From an uncultured bacterium (GTDB taxonomy: Bacteria > Bacillota > Clostridia > Oscillospirales > CAG-272): DNA of 64,000 nucleotides. Position 1 is the stretch's first letter. Every line of letters begins with the position of its first letter. Made by a program: the position numbers and the translations under genes. The stretch spans positions 65,115 through 129,114 of the forward strand of contig CAMEJM010000003.1 of the NCBI GenBank assembly GCA_945920215.1, written 5' to 3'. The notes under the pieces were generated by a model that worked only from the letters and a program-made list of their open reading frames with translations, made no database searches and was not told the DNA's origin. Below, one piece after another: positions 10,001-19,041 of the stretch.

Positions 10001-10787
10001 GATTGACGGGTTTTGTTCTGCCGAGTTGACGGCGGATTTCCAGATACTCGTCGTACGCCTTTTGCAGGAGCGCGTCCTCAAAGCGGACGCTGTCAATGGT
10101 GGTCAGAAAGGTGGTGTGGCGGCAATGGTCGGACCAGTAGGTGTCTATCATGCGGATTTCCGTGACGGTAGGCTCGCGCCCCTCGCTGCGGAAATAATCG
10201 CGGCAGAATCTGAGGTCGTCACGGTCCATCGCCAAACCCCATTTGCGGATAAAAGCGTCAATGCCGTCCTCATCCAGTTCACAGAATCCCGTCAGGGTCT
10301 GCACTTCGGTCGGAATATCGTACTCCGGGGAGAGGGTAGAGGGCATTTCCAAAGAAGCCTCGCGCGCTTCCACGGGGTTGATAACATATTTTTTGATTTC
10401 TTTAAGTTCCTGTTCGGTGCAATTGCCGTACAGCAAATAGATTTTTGCGGTGCGTACGGTGGGGCGTTCCTTGCAGGAAATAATCTGAATGCACTGTGCG
10501 GCGGAATCCGCTCTCTGGTCAAACTGTCCGGGCAGATACTCTACCGCAAACACCGCGTCCGCTCCCTCCGGCAACGCTTCGGTGACAATATCGAGCTGCG
10601 GCTCGGAAAACACGGTTTTCACGGCGTAGGAGAATAGGGAAGCGTCAATTCCCTCCACATCGTAGCGATTGATGATACGCAGATTCGTCAGGTTCTTGAT
10701 TTGCAGCAGATGACGGATGTCATAGCGCAGGCTTTTTGCCTCGTTGGCAAGGGCAGGGCGTTTCTCCACATAGACGCGCTGTATCAT
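7095..10787 (-). CDS. purL: Phosphoribosylformylglycinamidine (FGAM) synthase, single-chain large form
   Basis: 1230 aa. It has an N-terminal PurS-like region, a duplicated AIR-synthase-like core (NHPTEIEPFGGAATCIGG) and a C-terminal glutamine amidotransferase (GICNGFQAL, HGEGRF). Confidence 0.95.
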   Translation of the reverse strand: MIQRVYVEKRPALANEAKSLRYDIRHLLQIKNLTNLRIINRYDVEGIDASLFSYAVKTVFSEPQLDIVTEALPEGADAVFAVEYLPGQFDQRADSAAQCIQIISCKERPTVRTAKIYLLYGNCTEQELKEIKKYVINPVEAREASLEMPSTLSPEYDIPTEVQTLTGFCELDEDGIDAFIRKWGLAMDRDDLRFCRDYFRSEGREPTVTEIRMIDTYWSDHCRHTTFLTTIDSVRFEDALLQKAYDEYLEIRRQLGRTKPVNLMDIATIAAKYLRANGKLDKLDESEEINACTVKINVKADGKEEPWLLLFKNETHNHPTEIEPFGGAATCIGGAIRDPLSGRSFVYGAMRVTGAADPLKPVAETMPGKLPQRKIVTTAAAGYSSYGNQIGLATGIVDEIYHSGYAAKRMEIGAVIAAAPQENVRRERPAPGDVVILLGGRTGRDGCGGATGSSKSHTLTSLETCGAEVQKGNAPEERKLQRLFRDPAACRMIKRCNDFGAGGVSVAIGELADGLEINLNAVPKKYEGLDGTELAISESQERMAVVVAPEDEAAFLAAAYEENLEATRVAVVKEEPRLTMYWNGKAIVDLSREFLNSNGAEKHVTVAPAKMQDYAPDIPSDFRSGFEALVGDLNICSKRGLSERFDSTIGAGTVLMPFGGKYQMTPIQAMVQKISVEKKHTDDCSLMAWGFNPAISEKSPYHGAYLAVVESISKLIATGASFEDVYLTFQEYFPHPGSDEARWGQPLSALLGAFRAQLDFGVASIGGKDSMSGSFEQLDVPPTLVSFAVTTDITSHIVSPEFKAPRHRVALFSPEYDENGLPVPASLLSCFETVTALFRSGKAYAAYTPTRGGIAEALFKMCIGNKVGVALTESCTLEDLFGYAYGAFVVETDDDVAAGKTIAHTTEKASIDGFGESLSLDALTDLYEGKLESVFPCNIQNESTPLETFSFKSDKRVAPAVKVAKPRVLIPVFPGTNCEYDSAKVMRDAGADAEIFVINNLTSDSIARSVSDFAARTRDSQMIFIPGGFSGGDEPDGSGKFITAFFRNAEVKEAVTELLDRRDGLMCGICNGFQALIKLGLVPYGKIIDTDADCPTLTYNTIARHQSRLVRTRIASNKSPWLAGTEVGQIYTVPISHGEGRFIADEKLIRELAANGQIATQYVDFDGNATDDIRFNPNGSLYAIEGITSPDGRVFGKMGHSERIGNGLYKNVPGEYDIHMFRSAVDYFTK

Positions 10788-12058
10788 TTGACTTCCTCCT
10801 TGGCTTTCAGGGCTTTCAAACCGATGTCGCGGCGGTAATAAGCATTTTCAAAACGGATTTCGCCCACCTCGCGGTAAGCTTCTTTGACAGCCTCTTCCAA
10901 TGTGTCGGCAACGGCTGTTACGCCCAGGACACGGCCGCCGTCTGTATACAGCTTGCCGTCTGTGAGCTTGGCACCCGCCACATAGACGTGGGGCAGGACG
11001 GCGGGAGCAACGGTGATCTCAAAGCCGCGTTCATAATGCGTGGGATATCCTTGGGAAGCCATGACAACGCAGCAGGCGTGCGCAGGAGAAAATTCAACCT
11101 TGCACGACGCCAGCGTTCCGTTGGCTGTGGCTTGCATGACGGTCAGCAAATCCGTTTTGAGAAGCGGGAGCACCACCTGCGTTTCGGGGTCGCCGAAGCG
11201 GCAGTTGTATTCAATCACGCGCGGGCCTTTCGGGGTGAGCATCAGACCGAAATACAGACAGCCGCGGAAAGGGCGCCCCTCTGCTTTCATGGCGCGGATG
11301 GTGGGTAAAAAGATGGTTTCCATGCAGATGTCTGCAATTTCCGGGGTGTAGTAGGGGTTGGGGGCAACGGTTCCCATACCGCCGGTATTCAGACCGCGGT
11401 CGCCGTCCAGAGCGCGTTTGTGATCCATGGAAGAAACCATGGGAATCAGGGTTTCTCCGTCCGTGAAAGACAGAACCGAAACCTCCGGACCCGTCAGAAA
11501 TTCTTCCACAACGATCCGCGCGCCGCTTTGCCCGAACACCTTGTCTTCCATAATGGTTTTGACGGCGTCATACGCCTGTTCCCGCGTCTCAGCAATAATG
11601 ACGCCTTTTCCGAGCGCCAGACCGTCCGCTTTGATGACGGCGGGCAGGTGAGCGTCCTTGAGATAGGCAAGCGCGGTTTCCGGAGTATCGAAAACCTCGT
11701 AGGACGCGGTGGGGATCCCGTACTTCTTCATCAGGTTCTTTGCAAAAACCTTACTGCCCTCAATCACAGCGGCGGCGCGGTTCGGACCGAAGCAGGGAAT
11801 GCCGACTTCCGACAGCGCGTCAACCGCGCCGAGAACCAAAGGGTCATCGGGCGCCACAACGGCAAAGTCGACGGCGTGTTCTTTTGCAAAAGAGACAATG
11901 GCGGGAATATCCTTGGCGCCAATGCCGACGCAAACGGCATCCGCGGCAATTCCTCCGTTGCCGGGCAACGCGTAAATGGTTTCAACGCTTTGATTCTCTT
12001 TCAGTTTCTTTATGATGGCGTGTTCTCTCCCACCGCCACCGACAACCATGATCTTCAT
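10784..12058 (-). CDS. purD: Phosphoribosylamine--glycine ligase
   Basis: 424 aa. MKIMVVGGGGREHAI start, ATP-grasp core, and a 4-nt overlap with the purL start. Confidence 0.95.
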   Translation of the reverse strand: MKIMVVGGGGREHAIIKKLKENQSVETIYALPGNGGIAADAVCVGIGAKDIPAIVSFAKEHAVDFAVVAPDDPLVLGAVDALSEVGIPCFGPNRAAAVIEGSKVFAKNLMKKYGIPTASYEVFDTPETALAYLKDAHLPAVIKADGLALGKGVIIAETREQAYDAVKTIMEDKVFGQSGARIVVEEFLTGPEVSVLSFTDGETLIPMVSSMDHKRALDGDRGLNTGGMGTVAPNPYYTPEIADICMETIFLPTIRAMKAEGRPFRGCLYFGLMLTPKGPRVIEYNCRFGDPETQVVLPLLKTDLLTVMQATANGTLASCKVEFSPAHACCVVMASQGYPTHYERGFEITVAPAVLPHVYVAGAKLTDGKLYTDGGRVLGVTAVADTLEEAVKEAYREVGEIRFENAYYRRDIGLKALKAKEEVK

Positions 12059-12104
12059 ATAAAATTCTCCCTGTTATGCAGACAACAGACCGGTCGTTTC
12101 TACA

Positions 12105-13289
12105 TCAATGGTGGAACAGGCGCATTCCGGTGAACGCCATCACCATACCGTACTTATTTGCGGTTTCAATGACAAGATCATCGCGGATGGAACCGCCCGG
12201 CTCGGCGATATATGTGACGCCGCTGCGTTTGGCGCGTTCAATGTTGTCGCCGAAGGGGAAGAAAGCGTCGGACGCAAGAGAAACTCCGGAGATCCCCGCG
12301 AGATAGTCGCGTATTTCGGCATCGGTGAGGGGCTCGGGCCGTCTGGTAAAGTATTTCTGCCAGTTGCCCTCTGCGCACACGTCCTCCTCGTTGCGGTTGA
12401 TATAGCCGTCGATGACGTTGTCTCTGTCCGGACGGCCGAGCGTGGGGAGAAAGGGAAGCGACAGTACCTTATCGTGCTGGCGAAGCTGCCATGTGTCGGC
12501 TTTGGAGCCTGCAAGGCGGGTGCAATGAATGCGCGACTGCTGCCCCGCACCGACCCCGATGGCCTGCCCGTCAACGGCATAGCAGACGGAATTGGATTGG
12601 GTGTATTTGAGGGTAATGAGAGCGAGAATCAGGTCGCGCTTTGCGGTCTGCGGCAGATCCTTGTTTTCGGTGACAAGGTTTGAGAGCAGGCCCTCATTGA
12701 TTTGAAACTCATTCCGCCCCTGCTCAAAGGTAATGCCGTAAACCTGCTTACGTTCCAGCGGCGCGGGAACATAATCCGGGTCAATTTCAACAATGTTATA
12801 GTTGCCCTTACGCTTTGTTTTGAGGATTTCAAGCGCGCTGTCAGTATAACCGGGGGCAATCACGCCGTCCGATACTTCACGCTTAAGCAACAGTGCCGTG
12901 GTTTCATCACAGACGTCGGACAGTGCCACCCAGTCCCCGAAAGAGCACATTCTGTCAGTGCCTCGCGCTCTGGCATAAGCGCAGGCAAGTGGGGAAGCGT
13001 CCAGATTCGGAATATCGTCAACAAAACAGGCTTTTTTCAGCTTGTCCGATAAAGGCAGACCGACAGCCGCAGAGGTGGGGCTGACGTGCTTGAAGGAAGT
13101 CGCAGCAGGCATTCCAAGCGCTGTGCGAAGCTCTTTGACAAGCTGCCACGAATTGAATGCGTCCAGGAAGTTGATGTAGCCGGGTCTGCCGCAATGAATC
13201 TTGATGGGAAGCTCTTCGCCGTTTTCCATAAAAATCCGCGAGGGCTTCTGATTGGGGTTGCAGCCGTATTTCAACTCGAATTCTTTCAT
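12105..13289 (-). CDS. purH: AICAR formyltransferase (PurH-type transformylase domain only, no MGS-like IMP cyclohydrolase domain)
   Basis: Track ORF 12105..13307. ATG 13289 (MKEFELKYGCNPNQKP) follows AAGGAGACAC. The sequence is the AICARFT domain (KYTQSNSV, GAGQQSRI, SDAFFPF). Confidence 0.85.
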   Translation of the reverse strand: MKEFELKYGCNPNQKPSRIFMENGEELPIKIHCGRPGYINFLDAFNSWQLVKELRTALGMPAATSFKHVSPTSAAVGLPLSDKLKKACFVDDIPNLDASPLACAYARARGTDRMCSFGDWVALSDVCDETTALLLKREVSDGVIAPGYTDSALEILKTKRKGNYNIVEIDPDYVPAPLERKQVYGITFEQGRNEFQINEGLLSNLVTENKDLPQTAKRDLILALITLKYTQSNSVCYAVDGQAIGVGAGQQSRIHCTRLAGSKADTWQLRQHDKVLSLPFLPTLGRPDRDNVIDGYINRNEEDVCAEGNWQKYFTRRPEPLTDAEIRDYLAGISGVSLASDAFFPFGDNIERAKRSGVTYIAEPGGSIRDDLVIETANKYGMVMAFTGMRLFHH

Positions 13290-13303
13290 GTGTGTCTCCT
13301 TTG

Positions 13304-14026
13304 TCACTCAGCCTTGTTTTTGTTTATCATGCGGCTCTCCGAGCGTGTGCCGTCGGCAGAGGTGTAACGGACGTACAGGGAAATTTTATTATCGGGGTCA
13401 AGGGATGTCCACAACTCCTCTGTCAGGGCGTCAATAGAGTCCGGAATGGCGACGCGCTCCGGCTCACCCTGAAAAGTGGGGATGGGGTTGCCGTCGGTGA
13501 CATAGGTGTGGAGGAAATGCCCCAAGCCGGGCAGGGAGGGGTATGAGAAGCCGTAACGTGCGCAATCGGTGCCTGCCTCATCAATGCTCTTCAGAATGCT
13601 CATGTCATAGTGGAATCCGCCGTTTTCAAAGGTAATCATTCCGCTGATACGGGGGGTGAGGTTGGGGGCGTCCGGCTCAAAGCAGCGGCTTTCCAGCGCC
13701 TCGTAAAAGTTCTTGCCGGCAAAGAGACCGTCGCGGATGGTATCCGTCTGGTCGCCGTTTGTCACAATCAGGCGGTTGCCCACCTGACGGATGGCGGCGT
13801 AAATAATCAAAGAGGGGTCTTTGACTTTCGCTGCGTCGAACGGCTCTGTAAACAGGGCGCCGTCGCGCTCGACGAAAACGCGGTTCCGACTGTTTTCACT
13901 TCTGCCCATGATGAAGTACGCGCTGACAGCGCGCCCGTCGGGCGCGGTGCCAATGATAATGCCGCGGCCAACATAACTGTTGCCGGAGATGCGGGATGCC
14001 GGGGTGGGAATGGCATAGATGTTCAT
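13304..14026 (-). CDS. IMP cyclohydrolase, PurO-like (stand-alone)
   Basis: Track ORF 13304..14062. ATG 14026 (MNIYAIP) follows AAAGGAGAGAC. The sequence GNSYVGRGIIIG...YFIMGRSENSRNR resembles the archaeal-type IMP cyclohydrolase family. It sits between purN and the transformylase-only purH. Confidence 0.75.
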   Translation of the reverse strand: MNIYAIPTPASRISGNSYVGRGIIIGTAPDGRAVSAYFIMGRSENSRNRVFVERDGALFTEPFDAAKVKDPSLIIYAAIRQVGNRLIVTNGDQTDTIRDGLFAGKNFYEALESRCFEPDAPNLTPRISGMITFENGGFHYDMSILKSIDEAGTDCARYGFSYPSLPGLGHFLHTYVTDGNPIPTFQGEPERVAIPDSIDALTEELWTSLDPDNKISLYVRYTSADGTRSESRMINKNKAE

Positions 14027-14071
14027 ATGTCTCTCCTTTGTCTGAACGGTGCTGAAATACAAAACCGAAGA

Positions 14072-14698
14072 TTAGTTTTGGCAGGTCTTACGGCGCGCGA
14101 TATCCGCGCTGACCAGCTCGGCTGCGGCGGGGAGGAGCTGCCACTCCGCCTGTTCCATGACGCGTTTCTGCAACACTTCCGGCGTGTCGCCCTCCAGCAC
14201 GGGTACCGCCTTTTGCAGAATGATTTCGCCGCCGTCCGGAATCTCATTGACAAAATGGACGGTTGCGCCCGTCAGTTTTACGCCGCGGGCGAGCGCCGCT
14301 TCATGGACGCGCAGACCGTAGTATCCTTTCCCGCAAAATGCGGGAATCAGGGACGGATGAACGTTAATTATGCGGCGGGGGTAACGTGCAACGAAAGAAT
14401 CGGACAGAATATTGAGAAAGCCCGCCAGAATAATCAATTCAATTCCGTGTGCGGTGAGACAGGATAGGATCGCCTCTTCAAAAGGCGCTTGTCCGCCCAA
14501 CTCTTTTTTGGAGAAAGAGAGCCCCTGAACACCCGCTTTCGCGGCTCGCTCCAAAGCGTAAGCGTCCCGATGATCGGAAATCACAAGGCAGATTTCTCCG
14601 CTCGTCAGAGTCCCGTTTCTTTGCGCGTCCAAAAGGGCTTGGAGATTGGTTCCGCCGCCGGAAACAAATACCGCTATCCGCGTCTTTTGCTGCTTCAT
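14072..14698 (-). CDS. purN: Phosphoribosylglycinamide formyltransferase
   Basis: 208 aa. IAVFVSGGGTNLQALLDA ... NVHPSLIP motifs. Confidence 0.92.
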   Translation of the reverse strand: MKQQKTRIAVFVSGGGTNLQALLDAQRNGTLTSGEICLVISDHRDAYALERAAKAGVQGLSFSKKELGGQAPFEEAILSCLTAHGIELIILAGFLNILSDSFVARYPRRIINVHPSLIPAFCGKGYYGLRVHEAALARGVKLTGATVHFVNEIPDGGEIILQKAVPVLEGDTPEVLQKRVMEQAEWQLLPAAAELVSADIARRKTCQN

Positions 14699-14740
14699 CA
14701 GCTGTTCCTTTCATTGCAATTTTACTATGCATCGACAAAA

Positions 14741-15784
14741 TCACAGAATTGTGATTTTGTCCTCGGATTTTTCAATTGTGCCTAAAATGTAGGCGTCTTC
14801 GCCGTTTTGCTTGAGGATTTGCACAGCTCGGTCGGCGTCCTCCTGACCTACTATCGCGCACATACCCACGCCCATGTTAAAGGTGTTGAACATATCGCGC
14901 TCCGGGATTTTTCCAACCTTTGCAAGCAGTTCGAAAATGGGCAGAACACGCACGTTGCGTTTTTCGATGCGGGCGCCGAGCCCGTCGGGAATGGAACGCG
15001 GAATATTTTCGTAGAAACCGCCGCCCGTGATATGCGAAACGCCTTTGACGCGTACTTTTTCGAAGAGAGAAAGCATGGGCTTTACGTAAATCTTAGTGGG
15101 GGTCAGCAGGGTCTCTCCAACCGATTTGCCGCCGAACTCAGCCACTGGGATATGTAAGTCGTTATTCTCAACGTCGAATACTTTGCGGACAAGAGAGAAC
15201 CCGTTGGAGTGAACGCCGCTGGACGGCAGGGCGATGATAACGTCTCCCGGTTTCATTTCTTTATTGTTGAGGATTTTTTCCCGATCCACTACGCCGACCG
15301 AAAAACCGGCAAGGTCATATTCGTCAATCGGATAAAATCCGGGCATCTCCGCCGTTTCGCCGCCGATCAGAGCCGAACCGCTCTGCACGCAGCCCTCTGC
15401 AACACCGCTGACGATCTGCGCGATTTTCTCAGGCACATTTTTACCGCAGGCGATGTAATCAAGGAAAAACAGGGGCTTTGCACCGCAGCAGATCACGTCG
15501 TTGACGCACATGGCGACGCAGTCAATACCAACCGTGTCATGCTTGTCCATGAGGAAAGCAAGCTTCAGCTTTGTACCGACTCCGTCTGTGCCGCTGACCA
15601 AAACAGGGCGTTTCATGCCTGTTACGTCCAATTCAAACAGACCGCCGAATCCGCCGATGTCGGAGCAAACGCCGGACGTCATAGTGCGTGCGATATGCGC
15701 TTTCATAAGCTCCACGGCACGATAGCCGGCAGTGATATCCACGCCTGCTGCGGCGTAACTTTCAGACTTTGAATTTGTGTTCAT
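14741..15784 (-). CDS. purM: Phosphoribosylformylglycinamidine cyclo-ligase (AIR synthetase)
   Basis: 347 aa. YAAAGVDI..., [12 protein letters not shown] motifs. Confidence 0.95.
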   Translation of the reverse strand: MNTNSKSESYAAAGVDITAGYRAVELMKAHIARTMTSGVCSDIGGFGGLFELDVTGMKRPVLVSGTDGVGTKLKLAFLMDKHDTVGIDCVAMCVNDVICCGAKPLFFLDYIACGKNVPEKIAQIVSGVAEGCVQSGSALIGGETAEMPGFYPIDEYDLAGFSVGVVDREKILNNKEMKPGDVIIALPSSGVHSNGFSLVRKVFDVENNDLHIPVAEFGGKSVGETLLTPTKIYVKPMLSLFEKVRVKGVSHITGGGFYENIPRSIPDGLGARIEKRNVRVLPIFELLAKVGKIPERDMFNTFNMGVGMCAIVGQEDADRAVQILKQNGEDAYILGTIEKSEDKITIL

Positions 15785-15820
15785 TGCCTTGTTCCTTTCA
15801 ATACTGGTATGTGGGGCTGT

Positions 15821-17266
15821 TCATTTTTGTTTGTCGCATTTTTCGGAAATTTTCCCTTCGAAACGGTCTTTTTCGGTGTGGGAAGGGATTTCCGTCGGGT
15901 ACGAGCCGTCAAAGCAGGCAGTGCAGAAGCCGTGGGCACCGCGGTTGCCGTTTGCAAGTTTTTTCACACTGTCCACGCTCAGATAGCCAAGCGTGTCTGC
16001 ACCGATGATCTTGCAGATCTCATCAACGGTATGATGGCAGGCTATCAGATTTTCACGGCTGTCAATATCCGTGCCGTAATAGCAGGGGTTCAGAAAAGGA
16101 GGGGCGGAGATGCGCATATGAATTTCGGTTGCGCCCGCATCGCGCAGGAGCTTTACGATTCTTGCACTTGTGGTGCCGCGGACAATCGAGTCGTCTATCA
16201 GAACTACGCGTTTTCCGCGAACTGCCGCGGTAATCGGGTTGAGCTTAATGCGCACACGGTCTTCACGGCTTTCCTGACCGGGGGAAATAAAGGTGCGCCC
16301 GATGTATTTGTTTTTGATAAAGCCTATCTCGTAGGGAATGCCGGATTGCTTGGAATAGCCGACGGCGGCGTCCAGACCGGAATCCGGCACGCCGATCACG
16401 ACGTCTGCCTGCACGGGGTGTTCCAGCGCCAGAAATGCTCCGGCACGCAGGCGGGCCTCATGCACGCAGCACCCCTCAATTACCGAGTCGGGTCTTGCAA
16501 AATAAATGTACTCGAATACGCAGAAGCTGCGGGGGCATTGATTGCAATGGGTGGTAATGCTGCGGACGCCGTTTTTATCGAATATCAGAATTTCACCCGG
16601 CTCCAGATCGCGGATGAAATCGGCGTTGACTGCGTCCAGCGCACAGCTTTCCGAGGCAACCACATATTTGCCGTCTTTGGTTTTGCCGAAGCAAAGAGGG
16701 CGGAATCCGTTTCTGTCGCGCACGGCAATCAACTTTGCGGGAGACATGATCACCAAAGAGTATGCGCCGTGGATGCGGTTCATAGCGGCTTCCACCGCTT
16801 CCTCAATAGAGCCGGTGTGCAGGCGTTCCTTGGTAATGATATAGGAGATGACTTCCGTGTCGCTGGTCGTGTGGAAAATGGATCCCTCCAGTTCCAATTG
16901 CTCGCGCAATTCATAGGAATTGGTGAGATTTCCGTTGTGTGCAAGCGCCATTCTGCCCTTGATGTGATTGACGACGATGGGCTGCGCGTTGTTGCGGTCG
17001 TTCGCGCCGGTCGTGCCGTAACGGACGTGACCGATCGCGCTCTGTCCATGTCCGAGTGAGGACAGATTTTCCGGGGTAAACACGTCGTTGACAAGTCCGA
17101 GATCCTTGTAGTGGGTAAACAAACCGTCGTCGTTGACAACGATCCCGCAGGACTCCTGTCCGCGGTGTTGCAGCGCATACAACCCGTAGTAGGTCATATG
17201 CGCGACATCGGAGTGAACGGGGGAATAGACCCCGAAAACCCCGCATTCTTCGTGTAGAGTGCTCAT
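15821..17266 (-). CDS. purF: Amidophosphoribosyltransferase
   Basis: 481 aa. The N-terminal ...ECGVFGV places a catalytic Cys after a short propeptide. It also has a PRTase motif (VVLIDDSIVRGTT) and C-terminal Cys residues. Confidence 0.95.
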   Translation of the reverse strand: MSTLHEECGVFGVYSPVHSDVAHMTYYGLYALQHRGQESCGIVVNDDGLFTHYKDLGLVNDVFTPENLSSLGHGQSAIGHVRYGTTGANDRNNAQPIVVNHIKGRMALAHNGNLTNSYELREQLELEGSIFHTTSDTEVISYIITKERLHTGSIEEAVEAAMNRIHGAYSLVIMSPAKLIAVRDRNGFRPLCFGKTKDGKYVVASESCALDAVNADFIRDLEPGEILIFDKNGVRSITTHCNQCPRSFCVFEYIYFARPDSVIEGCCVHEARLRAGAFLALEHPVQADVVIGVPDSGLDAAVGYSKQSGIPYEIGFIKNKYIGRTFISPGQESREDRVRIKLNPITAAVRGKRVVLIDDSIVRGTTSARIVKLLRDAGATEIHMRISAPPFLNPCYYGTDIDSRENLIACHHTVDEICKIIGADTLGYLSVDSVKKLANGNRGAHGFCTACFDGSYPTEIPSHTEKDRFEGKISEKCDKQK

Positions 17267-17328
17267 GCCGGTCTCCTTATGAAGATATAGGGAATACTAC
17301 CAAGCTGTTTTGACAATTGCGGGACGGC

Positions 17329-18039
17329 TCATTCGCCGAACACACGGTGCATCATTTCACGGTAAGCGTCTTCGACGCCGCCCATATCGCGACGGAAGCG
17401 GTCTTTGTCAAGTTTTTCGTTCGTTTTGGCATCCCAGAAACGGCAGGTGTCGGGAGAGATTTCGTCTGCAAGGACGATTTTACCGTCTGCGGTTCTGCCG
17501 AATTCCAGTTTGAAATCGACCAGTTTCACGCCCAGTGTGGAGAAGTATTCTTTGAGCACTTCGTTCACACGGAACGCCATGGACTTGATGGTTTCGATTT
17601 CCTCTTTTGTGGCAAGACCGAGGGCGAGGGCGTGATAAGAGTTGATGAGCGGGTCGTGCAGATCGTCGTTTTTGTAGGAGAATTCAATGGTCGGTTCTGC
17701 AAAAACGATACCCTCCTCCACACCGTAGCGCTTTGCAAAAGAGCCGGCGGAGATGTTGCGGATGATGACTTCCAGGGGCACAATCTGCACTTTTCTGACG
17801 ACTGTCTCGCGGTCGTTCAGCTCTTCCACGAAATGTGTGGGCACGCCGGAGCGTTCCAACAGTTTCATCAGATAGTTGGACATACGGTTGTTGATGGCGC
17901 CCTTCCCGAGAATGGTACCCCGTTTCAGACCGTCGAGCGCGGTGGCGTCGTCTTTATAGGATACAATGACATACTCCGGGTTTTCGGTTGCGAATACCTT
18001 TTTGGCTTTGCCTTCGTAAAGTTGTTCGGTCTTGTTCAT
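17329..18039 (-). CDS. purC: Phosphoribosylaminoimidazole-succinocarboxamide (SAICAR) synthase
   Basis: 236 aa. [17 protein letters not shown] and [12 protein letters not shown] motifs. Confidence 0.95.
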   Translation of the reverse strand: MNKTEQLYEGKAKKVFATENPEYVIVSYKDDATALDGLKRGTILGKGAINNRMSNYLMKLLERSGVPTHFVEELNDRETVVRKVQIVPLEVIIRNISAGSFAKRYGVEEGIVFAEPTIEFSYKNDDLHDPLINSYHALALGLATKEEIETIKSMAFRVNEVLKEYFSTLGVKLVDFKLEFGRTADGKIVLADEISPDTCRFWDAKTNEKLDKDRFRRDMGGVEDAYREMMHRVFGE

Positions 18040-18075
18040 GGGTTTACTCCTCCGCTCTTTGTTTTGAATGTGATA

Positions 18076-18579
18076 TTATGATTTTGATTGATTGTATTTT
18101 TCTTCGACCGCACGGTTTTTGAGAAGAACCTGTTCGCGGTCCTGCGCGCGCTTGTCGGAAAGCTTCTTTGCCAGTGCGGCGTCTTCTACTGCCAGAATCT
18201 CCACAGACAAAAATGCGGCGTTGGCAGCTCCATCGACTGCCACTGTTGCTACAGGTATGCCGGAGGGCATTTGCACAGTGGAGAGTAGGGCGTCAACGCC
18301 GTTCAGTGCGGCAGATTTTACAGGAATTCCGATCACGGGCAGGGTGGTATTTGCGGCAATGGCGCCGGCAAGGTGCGCCGCCATACCTGCTGCAGCTATG
18401 AGAACGCCGAATCCGTTTTCACGTGCGTGCAGGCTGAATGCACGTGCTTCGTCGGGAGTTCTGTGCGCGGAAAAAACATGTACCTCGTACGGCACACCGA
18501 AGAATGAAAGGGTATTCATTGCTTTTTCGACAACGGGAAGGTCGCTGTCGCTTCCCATGATAATGGCAACCTTTTTCAT
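18076..18579 (-). CDS. purE: 5-(carboxyamino)imidazole ribonucleotide mutase / AIR carboxylase catalytic subunit
   Basis: 167 aa. IIMGSDSDLPV, SAHRTP and AGMAAHLAG motifs. Confidence 0.93.
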   Translation of the reverse strand: MKKVAIIMGSDSDLPVVEKAMNTLSFFGVPYEVHVFSAHRTPDEARAFSLHARENGFGVLIAAAGMAAHLAGAIAANTTLPVIGIPVKSAALNGVDALLSTVQMPSGIPVATVAVDGAANAAFLSVEILAVEDAALAKKLSDKRAQDREQVLLKNRAVEEKYNQSKS

Positions 18580-18630
18580 ACGTATTCCTCCGTTTTGAAA
18601 TTTGATGGGTGACAGAAATCAGACGGAAAT

Positions 18631-18740
18631 ACAAAAGGGCGCACTTACCTCTATATCGTAAGTGCGCCCAGACGGTCGGCTTTCAACGGTTCTTTGCTCC
18701 ACAGTGGTAGCCCACTTACATTCCGTCAGTCACAAAGAAC
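18631..18740 (-). ncRNA. ZTP (pfl motif) riboswitch with intrinsic terminator expression platform, leader of the pur-fhs operon
   Basis: Minus-strand read: GTTCTTTG-TGACTGACGGAAtgtaaGTGGGctACCACtGTGGAGC-CAAAGAAC (P1 closed by 8 bp), a linker, then GCCGACCGTCTGGGCGC. The GUGACUGxCG, GUGGG/ACCAC and CCGnCUGGGC elements match the ZTP consensus. The 3' GGGCGC is shared with a 12-bp terminator stem (18637..18669) followed by TTTTGT. Confidence 0.8.
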
Positions 18741-18759
18741 TTCAATGACTTGCACTATT

Positions 18760-18788
18760 ATTCTATCAAAAATAGGGTTTGCTGTCAA
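18760..18788 (-). promoter_or_regulatory. Sigma-A type promoter of the pur-fhs operon
   Basis: Minus strand: TTGACA (18788..18783), 17-nt spacer, TAGAAT (18765..18760). It lies ~20 nt upstream of the riboswitch P1. Confidence 0.7.
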
Positions 18789-19041
18789 CGGGAGAAATGT
18801 CATAGTTTACGAATTGTTTGCATGGTGCAATTTGTATGTTTTGCCCCAGGCGTTCGGAATGTTTCGGTCTGAGGAATACAAATATCAATGCTTTTCCCCT
18901 GCCGGTTGGATATTTTGGGAAAACGCGGGCATTCTATTATATATCAGGGATGAGGCTTGCACGCTCGCAATTCATATCAATTGACGGGGGCATAAAGCAG
19001 TCTCGGTCTCCCATTGTAACGAAAAATGCAAAAGGAAAGTC

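Noticed and set aside
7089-10637. Long plus-strand ORFs 7089..8498 (469 aa) and 9345..10637 (430 aa).
   Set aside because: They lie entirely antisense to purL, whose product has full-length recognisable FGAM synthase motifs. Their translations are low-complexity, Gly/Arg/Ala-rich shadow frames typical of G+C-rich coding DNA, and they have no RBS.
15809-17059. Plus-strand ORF of 416 aa.
   Set aside because: It is antisense to purF, which has strong amidophosphoribosyltransferase motifs. It is a shadow ORF with no recognisable family signature.
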